This document shows positions 46,351-61,152 of a stretch of 64,000 bases of DNA, piece by piece. Source of the stretch: the human T2T-CHM13v2.0 reference genome, Homo sapiens. The translations under genes and the position numbers were made by a program. The notes under the pieces were generated by a model. It saw nothing but the letters and a program-made list of their open reading frames with translations, did no database searches and was not told the DNA's origin. The stretch's first letter is position 1, and each line of letters opens with the position of its first letter. The DNA is taken from the NCBI RefSeq assembly GCF_009914755.1, contig NC_060927.1; one strand, 5' to 3'.

Positions 46351-48685
46351 ATGTAGTTTTGCAGTTTGAATATATTTTGAAATTAATGTTAATTTCAAAT
46401 TAGAAAGTATTTGTCAAGTGAAAAACATGTATTGAGCGAGGAAGAAAAGAAAAATAAGTTGCCATGTATTTATCATCCTCCATGTTTTGAGTGCTTTTAG
46501 ATTTTCAGGGTTTATCCTTCTGATCAACTTCCAAGTCAGACACTGTCCTCATGGATCACATCAAAAAATGATTATAAAGATGTAGTGACTGGCTTAAGAA
46601 CATACAATTGATGATAAGGAAGATATGTATTTCATTACAGGCTTGTATAAAACAAAAACCTACCTGGCAATTGTAAAAAACTTAAACTCATTAACAATCT
46701 TAATTTATAACTAAAATTATTAAAAATAAATTCTGAATGGAGGCACGAAAATGTAAATCCCCTCCTTGTTCTCTTAAGACAGCCTTTCCAAATAAGGCAG
46801 GATCACCCCACAGAACTTTTGAGTTGAGCAACTTGGGGAGTGACCCTCAGAAATAAGCAGGATCAATATTAAATCACTGATGTTTCAAATGCCTTGGAGC
46901 TCTTTTATTTCCTCCTGTCTCTCCTCAAGAGAGAGTGGAGGGAGTGACATTAAAATTAACATAAGCAATGCAATTAGTGAAGATGTTGTCATAAATGCAT
47001 TAAAACATGTATAGAAAACTGGTAAAAGCATTTGCTTTTGGATAACTTGTTTGCAAGGATGTAAAGGAAGCTAATTTTCCATGATATATGACAATGTATC
47101 TCTTGAAATCTTATAAGATGTATGACTTGGATGCATCTTTTAAATTTACATTTAATGCTTGAGCCTGGGTTTGCTCATTCCAAGTTCAGGGGGATAATTC
47201 TTACCTTATGTAGTTTTTAATGAGGATTAGAGATAGTATATATTTAATACCTGGCATAGAGTGGATGTTCAATAATTATTATTGAAAAGCAAATCCTTTT
47301 TTGATATACTACGGTGAAATAAAATGCTATGGCTAAGTTTTAGTTCTGAAGAAGTTTTCCAAGTAAAACACTAACCTAGTATTCAAAAAGGAAAAGAAAA
47401 GACGGGCCTGTAGATTTGATGTAGTGCTTCTAGGCTGTAGGAGAATTCTGCAAGTGTAGCAAATTTATCCCAGTGTGAGGGAAGGGAACAAAATAATAAA
47501 TAATAATGGTTCATTATTATGCTCAGAAAGTTTATTTGACCTAGGCCCATGCCAATTTCATTTTTATCCCAATATATTTAATAAGACAATTAGGGGTCCA
47601 CATATTTTAGTAAATAATATTGCCTAAAAGTTATTGACATAGTCTAGGCATTAAACTCTTATCATTTTCAAGCTCTAGATTAAGAAACTAATTATAAGGC
47701 CTTAATAGTTAAATCCTAGCTGCTAAGTCTTGTGAATATTGTAGTGCTATCCATAAGGCTAAATAATTGTTTGAACTGTTGACATGGTAACTGTTTTGTT
47801 AAAAGCAATCTGTAAGGTTATATTCAATCTTCAAAGCAGTTCTCAAGAATTGTGTTCAAATATGGCCATTGAAATCTGGGAAGCTTGTTATTAAAAGCAT
47901 AACCAGCAAAGTGGCTAATTTTCCTGTGAGAAGATGTCAATTAACCCTAATAGAATTATTTTGGTGTTGATTTTGTTTAATCAAACATCAGAAAATTATT
48001 GAGCTCTGAATAAATGGCTTATTACAGAAATATGCAGGTTGGCAAGAAAGATTGGAGAGTGCATTTCAACAACACACATATATTAACAGTCGCTTTTTTT
48101 TTTTTTTTTCATTGAAATGAGTAATTACCAAGGGGCCTTGCACTGAGGGCATCAACAAGATATGTGGCCCAAGACAGCTGCTTGGCTTCCCATCCAAGAT
48201 AAAGTCAGATGCTCTAGAAATGTGTGCATGTTGAGGACTGAAGGGAGGAGAAACTTTGCTTCTTATTTATCACCTGTCAGGTCTGGAGAAGCACAGATGC
48301 CAAGGTGTGTACCCTATATTTATTTACAAGCACATTATCTACTATTGCTGCCTCTAGGGTGGCCAGAAGTATCTTTCAAAGCATAATTTCCCCCACTGTT
48401 TCTCAGCCCTGGGTGCACATAAAAACCACATAGGAAGGTTGGAAACATACCAATGCCCGGGCACCATCACTGACCAATAAAATGATAACCCTTCTGAGAG
48501 AATCTTGGTATGGATGTGTTTCAAAGTCTCCCAACATGTTTCTAATATATATCCTGGCCAAAAGAGCATTGCTTTAAGCCATCAATCACTCTACAGTATT
48601 ATTTCTCAACTCTGCGAAGGCGAATGAACACAAAGAGTTTGATTGTCAAATCTGATTTATACAAATCAGTGGTCTTACCTAGTAC

Positions 48686-49050
48686 ACTGATCAGCTAGGG
48701 CTGCCATAACAGAATACCTCCGACTGGGTGACTTAAACCCAGAAATTTATTTTCTCCCAGTTCTGAAGGTTAGATGTCCAACATCAAAGTGCCATCAGTA
48801 TTGGTATTTGGTGAGGGCTCTCCTCTGGGCTTGCAGATGGCCTCCTTCTCATGTTGTCCCCACATGGCCTTTCCTATCTCCTCACCTTCTTTTGTGGACA
48901 CCAGTTCTATTGGATTAGGGCCCCACCTGTATGAACCTCATTTAAACTTACTCAGCTCCTTAAAGGCGACATTTCCAAATACAGTCATATTGGGGGTTAG
49001 GGATTTAACCTTATGACTTTGCGGTAGGAGGACACAACTGAATCCATAAT
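48686..49050 (-). mobile_element. MaLR solo LTR (MLT1/MST-like)
   Basis: AGGGCTGCCATAACAGAATACC..TTGGATTAGGGCCCCACC..CCAAATACAGTCATATTGGGGGTTAGG. Confidence 0.8.
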
Positions 49051-49459
49051 CCCTACTATCAGGCTTTACCCTTAATTACAGAGTTTCAGATAATTGTGAG
49101 ACACAGGCAAAGTAGGGAGAGGCATAGAAGTACCATATGACACCTAGGTCTTTACTTCCTTTTTGGTCTAACCTGGAATAATAAATTAGATCTGTAAGTA
49201 ATGTATCTGTCTACATACAAAAAAGGAAATGCAATCAAGCTACCTTTCTTCTGCTTTTCTGGAGGATGCTCCCATATCCTCCTCACTCCCGGCCCCTGTG
49301 GAGGAAAATGAATTGCAAGTCTGTTGATAATCATATCTTTCCCAAAGGCATGTGTGATAGTTCTCAGCTCACCTTTCTTTCTCTCCACTCTCACGCAGAG
49401 TGTTTTATCTTTACCACTGAGTTCTGGATGCATTCTCTGATTTTTGTTTCTCTAACACT

Positions 49460-49615
49460 CTGCTATTAAAGTTTGTTCCCCAGACCAACAACATTACCTG
49501 GGAGCTTGATAAAAATTCAGAGTCTCAAGCCCACTCCAGGCCAACTGAATTCAAATCTGCATTGTAACAAGGTTCACACTAGATTTGTTGGTGCATTCAA
49601 GTTTGAGAAGCACTG
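49460..49615. mobile_element. MER5A-like
   Basis: CCTGGGAGCTTGATAAAAATTCAGAGTCTCAAGCCC..AAGTTTGAGAAGCACTG. Confidence 0.75.
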
Positions 49616-52600
49616 TTCTAATACCTGGAGCTTTTCCTGCTTCAGGATCTTTGCATACATGCCGTGTTACTTCCCATGCTCATGTTTTCACCTTTCAGAT
49701 CACAGCTTAAGAATCACCTTTGCTACTTCTCTCATCTTCTATTGGAATGGTTGCCTTCATGTAATTCTATCAGCACATTATTTATTTCCTGTTTAACACT
49801 TATTATAATACATTTTATTAATTTGTTATATTATTTTTGCCTTGGCCGTTTCTTCTACTCTAAGCTCAGGAAGTCCTATCCAATTCGTTCAACAATTTTA
49901 TCCTAATGGATATCATGTGGCACATACTGCATAGATGGCAGATAGCCCTTGAATGAATAATGAGCAAATTGTTTTTCCATAATCTGTTGCCTGCCTGTGT
50001 CTTAGTCTCCAACATTTTTTCTTCCTCCCTTGCTTGCACTTTATATTGCAGTTCAACTGAAACTACTTACAGACCTTCATCCTCATCACCATCTGTGAAT
50101 CTAGTGCATTCATGCTTTCTTGCGTTTTCTCAAGCTATTCACTGTTTCTGAATGCGTTTTTGCCATCTTGTTTCATTAAAGCACTCATATTCATCCTCAG
50201 AGTCTCTGCTCCAATATTCTAGAAAAGGATGCTTAAGGACCAACTGGGTCACACTTACATCTTAAATTACATTGAATTTAGTGTGATTTATACACAAATT
50301 TATACTGTGATGCTGAGATCCTATTGAGGGAAAGAAAATAGGTGTTTCTCATGTCTGTATTTTTATTGTTTAATACAGTGCATGGAACACAGAAGCTGCT
50401 CAGTGAATGGCCTTTGATTATGAGATAGGAGAATTACAAGATGATGTTAGAAGGATGGGATAGAGACTATTTGTGCCTGCTACAGAATGTTGGCATGGAA
50501 AGTCCTTCCAGGACATCGTAGTACCCTTAGTAGTGTAAGCATATTTTTGTTTGAGGAAAAAGCTACTTTTCATATCCCTTTAGTCCTCCAGCAGTCTTGG
50601 AAGATAATGTGAATCAGATAAGCACTCTATTTGTCTAATTCTCTGAAGTTGACCTAACTTCTCAATGCAAAAAAATAAGCAGATATGCATGTTTGGTTTA
50701 GAAGCCACTTCTCTCTTAGCTTTGTGGACTTATAAGTTTGTGAGATAGTAGATTCTGTTGTTAAATAGTCTAATTGAATTTTTAAATATATTCATGTAAA
50801 ATAGACATCAGTATCAATGAACATACACTTCAACAGCCTTCTGCCAAACTCCACAAGGCATGGGACAGAATTCAGTGGCAGTGGGTGGTGACTTACATCG
50901 AAGTGACATGAAAGATACCAGAAAGCCTCTTACCCAAATATGTCACTGCCACATCCCCTGAACTCGCAACTGAGTTTGAAATTCCAACTGCTTGAGTTGT
51001 TTCCTCAGGTTATCTGTTAAAGAACTGATTCTCCAATTCATCATTGGATAGCACATGCTTGAATACAACGCTTTTGATTTAGGCTTTTTGTAGGAAGCAT
51101 TAACCCATTGCCCTGTAAGACAGAGGTTGACTTTTTAGTTTTTCTTGCCAGCTATTCACCAGGAGGAAGTATTTGGCTCAGTCTTGCTAACTTGAGCTGG
51201 AGAAACAGTATGCCAGTCAGCAGGAGGTGCATGAACAAAGGCATGGACACGATGTGCCAGGAAAAAAAGCTAAAACCCAAGTGAAGTAATAGTTCACTTT
51301 CCCCCTTATATTTTTTTAAAAAGAAAAAAAAATACTAGTTTTAATTGACTATTACCCCTCTAAAATACTCTCAAATATAGAGTCATATTTGGTTTTTCTG
51401 TAACTCCATTAATTGACCTCACAGAAGTTAAGTGAGTCGATCAAGATGATCTAGCCAGAATTGAGAGCGTTTGCAACCCAGTTCATGTTCTATAAGTTTT
51501 GCAATGACCCTACGAGTTCTTCTAGCCCAAGAACAAAGAAAGCCTGAAAGTTGATGCTAGAATCCCAACCAAAGTATTAGTTAAGCAACATCACTGTTTT
51601 CTACAGTGTTATTGAAAGAATACAGATTCCACAGAATGTTGAGAGATAGATATTACAGGAAAAAAAAGAATGGTTTGTTCTATACTCAAATGGATTAGAA
51701 AGCACTAGATTAAATCAAGGAGGCCTCATTTTTCCTTAAGAGCAAAACATCTCAAAGTCTTCAATACACTAATACGCATCCTGCCTCCCCTGATGTGTCT
51801 GTATTGGATAGAGTGGTTTCTTTTTCTCAAAAGATTATGTTGCAGGGCTAGTTTTCATTATAATGAAATGTGAGATAACTATCCTAAATAACCTGTATAA
51901 AAACAGTTTCTATCCTTTAGTTCAGAAAAGGGAAACAAGAGATTCAAAACTTATAAAAATAGAAAGTAGGGGAATAACAGAAAAAATAATCAAAAGCCTT
52001 TCTTGTCTTAGTAAGCCATTCTTCTCCATTTACCTGGCAGAGAGCATGACTCACCCCAGGTGAGTGGGTGAAAAGCAATTTGCAAGTTGTCTTGAGTGTG
52101 AAAATCTAAGATGAATGGCTGAGCTGGTTAGAAAAGAAGATTTAGTTTCAGTGATTTAAGGATTTCTATTGTTCTTTTTTGTACAGTTTGTTATATTTAA
52201 AGCTAGTCAGATACAGAAGGCTCAAGCGCAAAAGAAGAATGACAAGTGTTCAAAGGCATAAAAGAGGACATTTTTTTCCTCTAAGGATTTATCCTTTTAT
52301 ATCCTAATCCTAAAAGTTCTTTCTTAGGATAGAATCTGCCCCAGGTTCCATATTACTTTTCAGCTCTGTAGGAGATTAAACAAAATAGATAATGGCCCTA
52401 CTTTTCAAAGTGTAAGTACAGGGAAGAGAAAGATGGCAAAGATGAAATGCTAAGAGATTTCAAACAAGAGAAAGACCATTTCAGCTTGAAGGCATCAGGA
52501 AAGATTTGGGACATTTAAGATAATGGCGGAAGAATTAGGGGGAAAAATGACAGCCGAAAGGTTAAGTGTAAATAAAATAATATAAATAGGGACTCTGGTA

Positions 52601-55057
52601 TTAAAGGGAAGCCCAATCACTGCCCTTTGTTAGAAGAGGCCAATGAAACTGGAGTGGAGGTTTGGGGGTCTGCTTTGGAATGACATGAACAATCAAATGA
52701 AAAGTCTGCACTGTCTCACGTGGGCAATGGAGACATTTCAGTTTTTAATCCAGGATGCAGTAAACTCACACTTGCCTTCCAAGAAGGTACTCTGTCAACT
52801 TCAGACAAACAGTCATTGTGAGCTGCTGTTTTTAGGTAGAGATGAACATTAGGAAACACCACTGATGTGGTCTCTGACCTCCTGGGCTTACATTCAGGTG
52901 GAGGGAGATGGACACAGAAGTCAACATCCATATGTTTAATTTAAGCCAGCCATTATTATGAAGAGAAAGCAGAGTAAAGGAATAAGAAATAAGGAAGGGA
53001 AGACCCAAAATCAGAGAGAGCAATTAAGTGGACCCAACACGGATGACTTTAATAGATGGTCATCACTGGGGACAAAGAAGAAAAGGGTTTATGGGAGAAA
53101 ACAGGAACGAACTTTCACAATTGTTACTCTCCAATGGGAGCAAGGTAAAGAGTTAAAGATGACTGTATTGTCACTAATAATTGTAATAGACAGAACTCAT
53201 CAAGTTTTACCATGTGTCAGACAACATGCTTCCATACATGCCCTTTTTCAGTAAGTGTAGGAGGTAATTATTACTGTCTCCATTTCACAGATGAAAAAAA
53301 TGAGGTTTCAAGAGCTTAAATGACTTGGCCAAGATCACCCTGCTAGGATTTGAACCCGTGATCATCTGATTCCAATGCTCATGTTATTATCTAGTCCATC
53401 AAAACAGGCTGAACTGTGTGTGGAGAGATCTAGAAAAAGGAAAGGAAGTTGATGTGTTCACTTTACATCTGCAGGGTCTGAAAAGCCACTATGACATTAA
53501 ATACTGGCAATGTTCAGCTGGAAAAGTTGAAGCTCGAGGGAGAGGAGGACTGGGAATATTCATCTTAAAGTTCTTTGCATGAAATGTATTGACCGTTGGA
53601 GCCATAATATATATATATTTTTAAATTAATCGTTATTTAGGTAACTGCCATGTCTCAGGCATCATGCTATTCCTTACACGTGTCATCTTATTTAGTCTTC
53701 CTACCTAATAAACTAAGGGAACTGAGATTCCATATCCTCTACTTGCTTATGGCCATACTTACTAGAGGCGATGAAGCCAGGCTTTGAACCCAGGACAGCC
53801 TGACTTCCTAACTCATACTCTTTCTATTTTGAGCTGTACCTAAGCTTACTGAAGGAGAGTGTTCAGAGAAGTCAGGGACTACTGAAATCATGTTCTGTCC
53901 TTGGCTGCAGATTGCACATGACTTGTTTTTCTCCCGTCTCATAATGTGCTAATTGTGTTCATTTGTCCTCCACCTAGTAACTGAGTGCTCCATATTTAAT
54001 TCCCTTTCTTCCTTTAAGAAAATATCAAGGACATTTAAACTGCAAACATTCATTATATACATAGATATGCATTAAATGACCAGAAAACTGATGAGACTCA
54101 CAAAAGTAATTATGGATCCTTTCATCATTTCTAATTACACTTTAACTCAAATTTTGAGTATAGAAAAATCACTTCTAAAGGAGAGGTCAGTCTGTTCTTT
54201 CCTTGACACCATCATTTATCCATTTAATCCAGCAATTCAATTGCATTTCTTCCCAGATATTGAATTACAATAGTGGACAAAGAGGATGGAGGCTGTGCTC
54301 TCATGGAGCATACACACATTAGTTGGGAAAATAAATAGACTTTAATCGAGTCTCATTTTTGCATAATTACAAATCGTAATTACAAAGTGCTGTGAAGAGG
54401 TATCTTTATGAATAAAACAATGCTCATTCCAGTGGGTATAGGGACTTCCTGAACAAAACTTAGGTAAGCCTAAAGGTTATTTCATATTGTGACATGAAAG
54501 CCACTGTGGGCCAGGAAACTTCATAGAATTCAGATAAATCCAGGAGAGTGAAGCCAGCTGACGGATATCTCTGCCAAATTGTGCACAGTTATATGGGAGG
54601 TATGAGAGCAATGAAAAGTCATTGATGATATTAACCGAAAGGATGACATGATTAGACCTGCACATTAAAAGGATTGTGCTGGATGTTGTGCAATAATTGG
54701 CTTAGGAGAAGACCAGCAGGAAAGGGAGGTGAGGAAACTGGACAGAAAGATTTGCTGAAGAGGGTTTGGTAGCAAAGATCAGAAAGGATGATTCAACTCT
54801 CTAAGGAAGTAACCTTTATCTGTTTTGCTCCTTGCAAGTCAGCCAGGTCCAGAACTCAGTAAGTACTGCACATATAGCTTTTTGGATGATATAAATAATT
54901 TCCTGCATGACATAAACTGACATAAGTTGTTGGTAATTTAAATATGTTTGGTTAAGGGAAAGGGAGATATCAAAGATGACACCTAACTTCTGGCTTATGA
55001 ATAGATAAATCCACCATGCACTAAGGATTTGTATTTCTGTTTTCTTTGGCTCTGAAT

Positions 55058-55279
55058 CAGCTGTTTTTTGGTTTTTTTTTTTGTAAAAGATCAGAGAGTA
55101 AATACTTTAGGCTTTTCTGGCTATGCATTGCCAACTACTCATTTCTACCATTGTTTTAGCATAAAAGCAGCCATAAATAATATGTACATCAATGAATGTG
55201 GATGTGTTTCAATAAAACTTTATTTTCAGAATAGGCAACGGACAGGTTTTGACCCATAGGCCAGCTTGTCAGCCCCTGG
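55058..55279. mobile_element. MER58A-like
   Basis: AGTAAATACTTTAGGCTTT..AAAGCAGCCATA..CAATAAAACTTTATTT..CCCCTG. Confidence 0.8.
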
Positions 55280-56274
55280 TACAGAATATGAGTCCAGTTT
55301 TGAACAAATTTAATTTGAAATAAATTTAAAATAACCCAACTCATTCTTTCTCATTGAGAGATTCATATGAATTATGTTTACATTATAATATTATTCTTAA
55401 ATTCAGGCTTTTAAAAAAGTATTTTCAAATGTATTTGATAATTGGAATAAAAATATCTATCTTTGATTGTTAAACATCTTTTAGGAAACTATCACAGAGT
55501 GAGAAGAAATAGGAGGTCATTTGCAGTTAGCAAATAAATTGTTTACAAGGAGATGGCTTTTCTACTGGCAGAACTATTTCAGAAATGGATAATTTGTGAC
55601 ACTGAATAAAAAAAAAGATAGCTAACTGGTATCAGTAGATGGATATTGTTTGGCAATCTAAGAATATATGGTATTTTTTAAAAAGGCATAGAGGTTGTTA
55701 AAAAAAAAATTCTGAAGATTTCCCGTAAGGCTGTCCCGATTCTTCCAGGGGGAAGAAAAAAATGGTTCTGAAATCAAGTAAAATGGGTCTGTTTTACTTA
55801 GGGGTATAGAAAGGTTTCGCAAAGACAGACCTAGATTTACTTTTGTGGCCAACTATTCAATTTCTCTGGGAGTTTTGAATTCTGCAAATTTAAGATAAGA
55901 ACCTCCCTCATAATTTTTTGTTTTTGAGGATAATGCAAGCATTAAAATAGTAAATACAGGTCATTTAGGGAGAACTACAATGAAATCCGTTCTTGATGTA
56001 TAATTTAACAAACTTGTGTTCCATTAGACTTGGTTGTTTGGGGTGGGGAAAAATGTTTCTTACACCCACTCACTTCATTTGTTTACTCTATATGTCCAGC
56101 TTCTGTAGGCATTTTAAGTTGTTTAACCAATAACATTATGAAACTTAAGCCTAGAGACCTTCCTGACTGTGAAAAGTTGTAATTCCACTACAATATTGTA
56201 TGTTCCCATTAAATCATAATAGAGTATAACTAAGCATTTTAGGTGCCCCATTCAGACTTTTAAAAAGAGGCAGT

Positions 56275-57160
<886 letters not shown>

Positions 57161-57359
57161 ATAGTGCATCACAATATCAAGAATTAAAGACAAGATGTAT
57201 TAGACTGTTTTCACACTGCTGATAAAGACATACCTGCACTGGGCAATTTACAGAAGAAAGAGCTTTATTGGATTTACACTTCCACGTGGCTGAGGAGGCT
57301 TCACAATCATGGCAAAAGGTGAAAGGCAAGGAAGAGCAAGTGACGTCTTACAAAGGTGG

Positions 57360-58907
57360 TGAGAGGTGACAGCGTGCTGACAGCCCTCACTCGCTCTCGG
57401 CGCCTCCTCGGCCTTGGCGCCCACTCTGGCCACACTTGAGGAGCCCTTCAGCCTGCCGCTGCACTGTGGGAGCCCTTTTCTGGGCTGGCCAAGGCCGGAG
57501 CCGGCTCCCTTAGCTTGCAGGGAGGTGTGGAGGGAGAGGCGCAAGCGGGAACCGGGGCTGCCCCCGGCGCTTGCGGGCCAGCTGGAGTTTTGGTGGGTGT
57601 GGGCTCGGCGGCCCAGCACTCAGAGCAGCGGGCCGGCCCTGCCGGCCCTGGGCAATGAGGGGCTTAGCACCCGGGCCAGCGGTTGCGGAGGGTGTACTGG
57701 GTCCCCCAACAGTACCGGCCCACTGGCGCTGCGCTTGATTTCTTGCCGGGCCTTAGCTGCCTCCCCGTGGGGAGGGCTCGGGACCTGCAGCCCGCCATGC
57801 CTGAGCGCCCCCCCTCCATGGGCTCCTGTGCGGCCCCAGCCTCCCGGACGAGCGCCGCCCCCTGCTCCACCGGTGCCCTGTCCCATCGACCACCCAAGGG
57901 CTGAGGAGTGCGGGCGCACATTGGGGAACTGGCAGGCAGCTCCACCTGCGCCCCTGTGTGGGATCCACTGGATGAAGCCAGCTGGGCTCCTGACCCTGGT
58001 GGGGACTTACTTGGAGAACCTTTATGTCTAGCTAAGGGATTGTAAATACACCTATCAGCACTCTGTATCTAGCTCAAGGTTTAGAAACACACCAATCAGT
58101 ACCCTGTGTCTAGCTCAGGGTTTGTGAATGCACCAATCTACACTCTGTATCTAACTACTCTGGTGGGGACTTGGAGAACCTTTATGTCTAGCTAGGGGAT
58201 TGTAAACACACCAATCAGTACCCTATGTCTAGCTCAGGGTTTGTGAATGCACCAATGGACACTCTGTATCTAGCTCCGCTGGTGGGGACTTGGAGAACCT
58301 TTGTGTCCACACTCTGTATCTAGCTAATCTAGTGGGGACATGGAGAACCTTTGTGTCTAGCTCAGGGATTGTAAACACACCAATCAGCACCCTGTCAAAA
58401 CAGACCACTGGGCTCTCTGTAAAATGGACCAGTCAGCAGAATGTGGGTGGGGCCAGATAAGAATAAAAGCAGGCTGCCCCAGCCAGCAGTGGCAACCTGC
58501 TGAGGTCCCCTTCCACGCCGTGGAAGCTTTGTTCTTTCGCTCTTTGCAATAAATCTTGCTGCTCCTCACCCTTTGGGTCCACACTGCCTTTATGAGCTGT
58601 AACACTCACCATGAAGGTCTACAGCTTCACTCCTGAAGCCAGCGAGACCATGAACCCACCAGAGGAAGGAACAACTCCAGACACACCACCTTAAGAGCTG
58701 TAACACTCACCGCGAAGGTCCGCAGCTTCACTCCTGAGCCCGTGAGACCACAAACCCCACCAGGAGGAAGAAACTCTGAACACATCCAAATATCAGAAGG
58801 AACAAACTCCGGACACGCCGCCTTTAAGAACTGCAACACTCACCGCGAGGGTCCGTGGCTTCATTCTTGAAGTCAGTGAGACCAAGAACCCACCAATTCC
58901 GGCCACA
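57360..58907 (+). mobile_element. ERV9 solo LTR (LTR12C/D/E group), full length, 1548 bp
   Basis: TGAGAGGTGACAGCGTGCTG...CCAATTCCGGCCACA; perfect 4-bp TSD GTGG (57356-57359 / 58908-58911); U3 and U5 subrepeats. Confidence 0.96.
57990..58555 (+). promoter_or_regulatory. LTR12 U3 enhancer/promoter: CCAAT (NF-Y) repeats, TATA-like AATAAAA and poly(A) signal
   Basis: CCAAT at 58092, 58133, 58211, 58252 and 58380; AATAAAA at 58462-58468; AATAAA at 58548-58553. Activity not shown. Confidence 0.65.
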
Positions 58908-61152
58908 GTGGTGGCAGGCAAAGAGAGAGCTTGTGCAGGGGAAGTTCCATTTTTAAAACCATCAGATCTCATGAGACTCATTCACTATCACAAGAACAGC
59001 GCAGGAAAGAACCGCCCCCATAATTCAATCACCTCCCACCAAGTTTCTCCCACAACACATGGAAATTGTGGGGTTTACAATTCAAAATGAGATTTGGGTG
59101 GGGATACAGCCAAACCATATCATTCCACCCCTGGCCCCTCCCAAATCTCATGTCCTCACATTCCAAAACCAATCAAGCCTTCCCAACAGTCCCCCAAGTT
59201 CTTAAATCATTTCAGCATTAACTCAGAAGTCCACAGTCCAGCGTCTCATCTGAGACAAGACAAGTCCCTTCTGCTTATGAGCCTGTAAAATAAAATAAAA
59301 AAGTTAGTTACTTCGTAGATACAATGGGGGTACAGGCATTGGGTAAATACAGCCATTCCACATGGGAGAAATTGGCCAAAACGAGGGCCTCATGCAAGTC
59401 CAAAATCCAGCAGGGCAGTCAAATCTTAAGCTCCAAAATGAGCTCCTTTTACTCCATGTCTCACATCCAGGTCATGCTGATGCAAAAGGTGGGTTCCCAT
59501 GGCCTTAGGCAGCTCCACCCCTGTGGCTTTGCAGGGCACAGCCTTCCTTCTGGCTGCTTTCATGGGCTGGCATTGAGGGTCTGTGGCTTTTCCACACACA
59601 CGATACAAGTTGTCAGTGGATCTACCATTCTGGGGTCTGAAGGATGGTGGCCCTTTTCTCACAGCCCCACTAGGTGGTGCCTCAGTAGGGACTCTGTTTG
59701 GGGGCTCTCACCCCACATTTCCCTTCCGCACTGCTCTAGCAGATGTTCTCCATGAGAGCCCTGCCCTGCAGCAAACTTCTGTCTGGACATCCAGGAGTTT
59801 CCATACATCCTCTGAAATCCAGGCAGAGGTTCCCAAACCTCAGTTATTGACTTCTGTGCATGCACAGGCTCAATACTCCATGGAAGCTCCCAAGGCTTGG
59901 GGCTTGTACCCTCTGAAGCCATGGCCTGAACTGTACCTTGGTCCTTTTTAGTCATGGCTGGAAAAGCTGGGACCGCAGTGCACCAATTTCCTATGCTTCA
60001 CACAGCACAGGGATCCTGTCCCTGGCCCATGAAACCACTTTTTCCACCTAGGCCTCCAGTCCTGTGATGGGATGGTCTGCCAAGAAGACCTCTGACATGC
60101 CCTGGAGACATTTTCCCCATTGTCTCAGGGACTAACATTTGGCTCCTCATTACTTATGAAAATTTCTTCAGCTGGCTTGGAATTTTCCTCAGAAAATGGG
60201 ATTTTCTTTTTTATTGCATTGCCAGGCTGCAGATTTTCCATGCTTCTGTGCTCTGCTTTCCTTATAAAACTGAATGCCTTTAACAGCACCCAAGTCACCT
60301 CTTAAATGCTTTGCTGCTTAGAAATTTCTTCTGCCAGATACCCTAAATCATCTCTCTCAAGTTCAAAGTTCCACAAATCTCTAGGGCAGCGGAAAAATGC
60401 CACCAAGTCTCTTTGCTAAACCATAAGAATCACCCTTGCTCCAGTTCCCAACAAGTTCCTCATCTCCATCTGACACCTCCTTAGCCTGGATTTCATTGTC
60501 CATATCATTATCAGCATTTTGATCAAAGCCATTCAACAAGTCTTTAGAGAGTTCCAAACTTTCCCACATTTTCCTGTCTTCTTCTGAGCCCTCCAAACTG
60601 TTCCAACCTCTGCCTATTACCCAGTTCTGAAGTCACTTCCACATTTTCAGGTATCTTTTCAGCAGTGCCCCTCTCTACTGGTACCAGTTTACTGTATTAG
60701 TTTGTTTTCATGCTACTGATAGAGACATACCCGAGACTTGGCAATTTATAAAAGAAAGAGATTTATTGGACTCACAGTTCCACATGACTGGGGAGGCCTC
60801 ACAATCATGGCAGACTGTGAAATGCAAAGAGGAGTAAGTCATGTCTTACATGGATGGCAGCAGGCAAAGAGAGAGCTTGTGCAGGGAAACTCCCATTTTT
60901 AAAACCATCAGATCTCATGAGACTCATTCACTATCATGAGAACAGTGCAGGAAAGCCCACCCCCCATAATTCAATCACCTCCCATCACGTTCCTCCCATG
61001 ACACATGGGAATTGTGGGAGTTACAATTCATGATGAGATTTGGGTGGAGAGACAATCAGACCATATCACCAGAGAAGTGGTTTTGTAGTCATTATTTCAC
61101 TTAACAGCACAAAGATTTTCTTCTGCATTCCAGCCTTTTGGAGATCTTAGTT

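Larger units (their letters stand above)
57196..61068 (-). mobile_element. Complete THE1 (B/C-like) MaLR element; its 3' LTR is split by LTR12
   Basis: LTRs at 57196-59122 (interrupted) and 60693-61068, internal region at 59123-60692; TSD CAAGA (57191) / CCAGA (61069). Confidence 0.94.

Noticed and set aside
57414-58031. Longest ORF (205 aa) and overlapping ORFs
   Set aside because: Entirely within the GC-rich LTR12 U3; stop-poor composition, not a gene.
57990-58860. Repeat arrays superficially resembling CRISPR or a novel minisatellite
   Set aside because: Standard LTR12 U3/U5 subrepeats without unique spacers, in primate DNA.
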